This document shows, piece by piece, positions 63,181 through 64,000 of a DNA stretch of 64,000 bases (its first letter is position 1; each line of letters begins with the position of its first letter). Source of the DNA: Octopus vulgaris (lineage: Eukaryota); contig OX597823.1 in assembly GCA_951406725.2 (NCBI GenBank), forward strand, positions 19,220,001-19,284,000. The letters run 5' to 3'. Below the pieces are notes generated by a model. It worked only from the letters and a program-made list of their open reading frames with translations, ran no database searches and was not told where the DNA came from. A program made the translations under genes and the position numbers.

Positions 63181-64000
63181 GTTACGGAGAGGGTCATAGC
63201 CCAACTAATTAGAGAGAGAGTTAGTTTAGATGAGATGCAGTTTGGGTTCGTGCCAGGGAAAAGTACCACTGATGCTATATTCCTGGTAAGGCAGCTGCAG
63301 GAGAAATACCTAGCCAAAGATAAGCACCTGTACCTGGCTTTCGTTGACATGGAGAAAGCTTTTGATAGGGTCCCCCGATCCCTTATCTGGTGGTCAATGA
63401 GGAAACTAGGGATAGATGAATGGCTGGTGAGGACTGTGCAAGCCATGTACAGAGATGCCGTAAGTAAGGTTAGGGTTGGCAACATGTACACAGAAGAATT
63501 CAAAGTAGAGGTTGGGGTCCACCAGGGTTCAGTACTCAGCCCCCTCCTATTTATCATAGTACTCCAGGCAATTACGGAGGAATTCAAGACAGGCTGTCCC
63601 TGGGAGCTCCTCTACGCTGACGACCTTGCTCTTATTGCTGAGTCACTATCAGAACTGGAGGAGAAGTTCCAGGTGTGGAAGGAGGGTTTAGAATCAAGGG
63701 GCCTTAGAGTCAACCTAGCTAAAACCAAAGTACTAATAAGTAGAAAGGTAGACAATCCACAAATATCTTCAGGAAGATGGCCCTGCTCGATCTGTAGAAA
63801 AGGTGTAGGTAGAAACTCTATAAGATGTACCCAGTGTAAGCTATGGACACATAAGAGGTGCAGCAATGTCAAAGGTAGGCTAACTGGGAAGATAGTTTTT
63901 GTATGTGGCAGATGCTCGGGAGCATTAACCTCCGAAAATCTGCAGAAAACAACTTCCGTCACTTTCCAGGGGGAAAAACTAGAAGTAGTTGATAGCTTCC
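63181..64000 (+). mobile_element. 5'-truncated RTE-clade LINE reverse transcriptase, uninterrupted frame running off the window
   Basis: QFGFVPGKSTTDAIF, AFVDMEKAFDRV, GVHQGSVLSPLLF, LLYADD (YADD at 63613-63624), GLRVNLAKTKV. No stops in 273 codons; contains a C4HC3 finger at 63784-63915. Confidence 0.93.

Overview
AT-rich, microsatellite- and SINE-dense animal genomic DNA. The repeat families and intron style point to an octopus (cephalopod) genome; this is inference. The whole window lies inside one plus-strand gene, afadin (AFDN/AF-6/canoe). I assembled 11 internal coding exons by hand (4488-58957, all GT-AG, phases consistent, 2174 nt, about 724 codons). They encode the second RA domain, the FHA domain and the DIL domain; the start and the PDZ/C-terminus lie outside the window. 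The introns hold several tRNA-derived SINE families, RTE and CR1 LINE fragments, mariner relics, hAT- and piggyBac-type MITEs with TSDs, two non-autonomous Helitrons, a solo LTR, a decayed 5S-derived sequence and minisatellites. Most notable: (1) a minimal type-I hammerhead ribozyme with a compensatory U3-A8 core (minus strand, 3511-3554); (2) a compact, highly structured RNA motif with a C(UUCG)G hairpin in a probable RTE 5' leader (minus strand, 59503-59570); (3) an RTE reverse transcriptase with a C4HC3 PHD-type finger inserted in the RT region (63784-63915); (4) an interleaved inverted self-duplication near 16 kb. All homology calls come from recognised motifs, not database searches.
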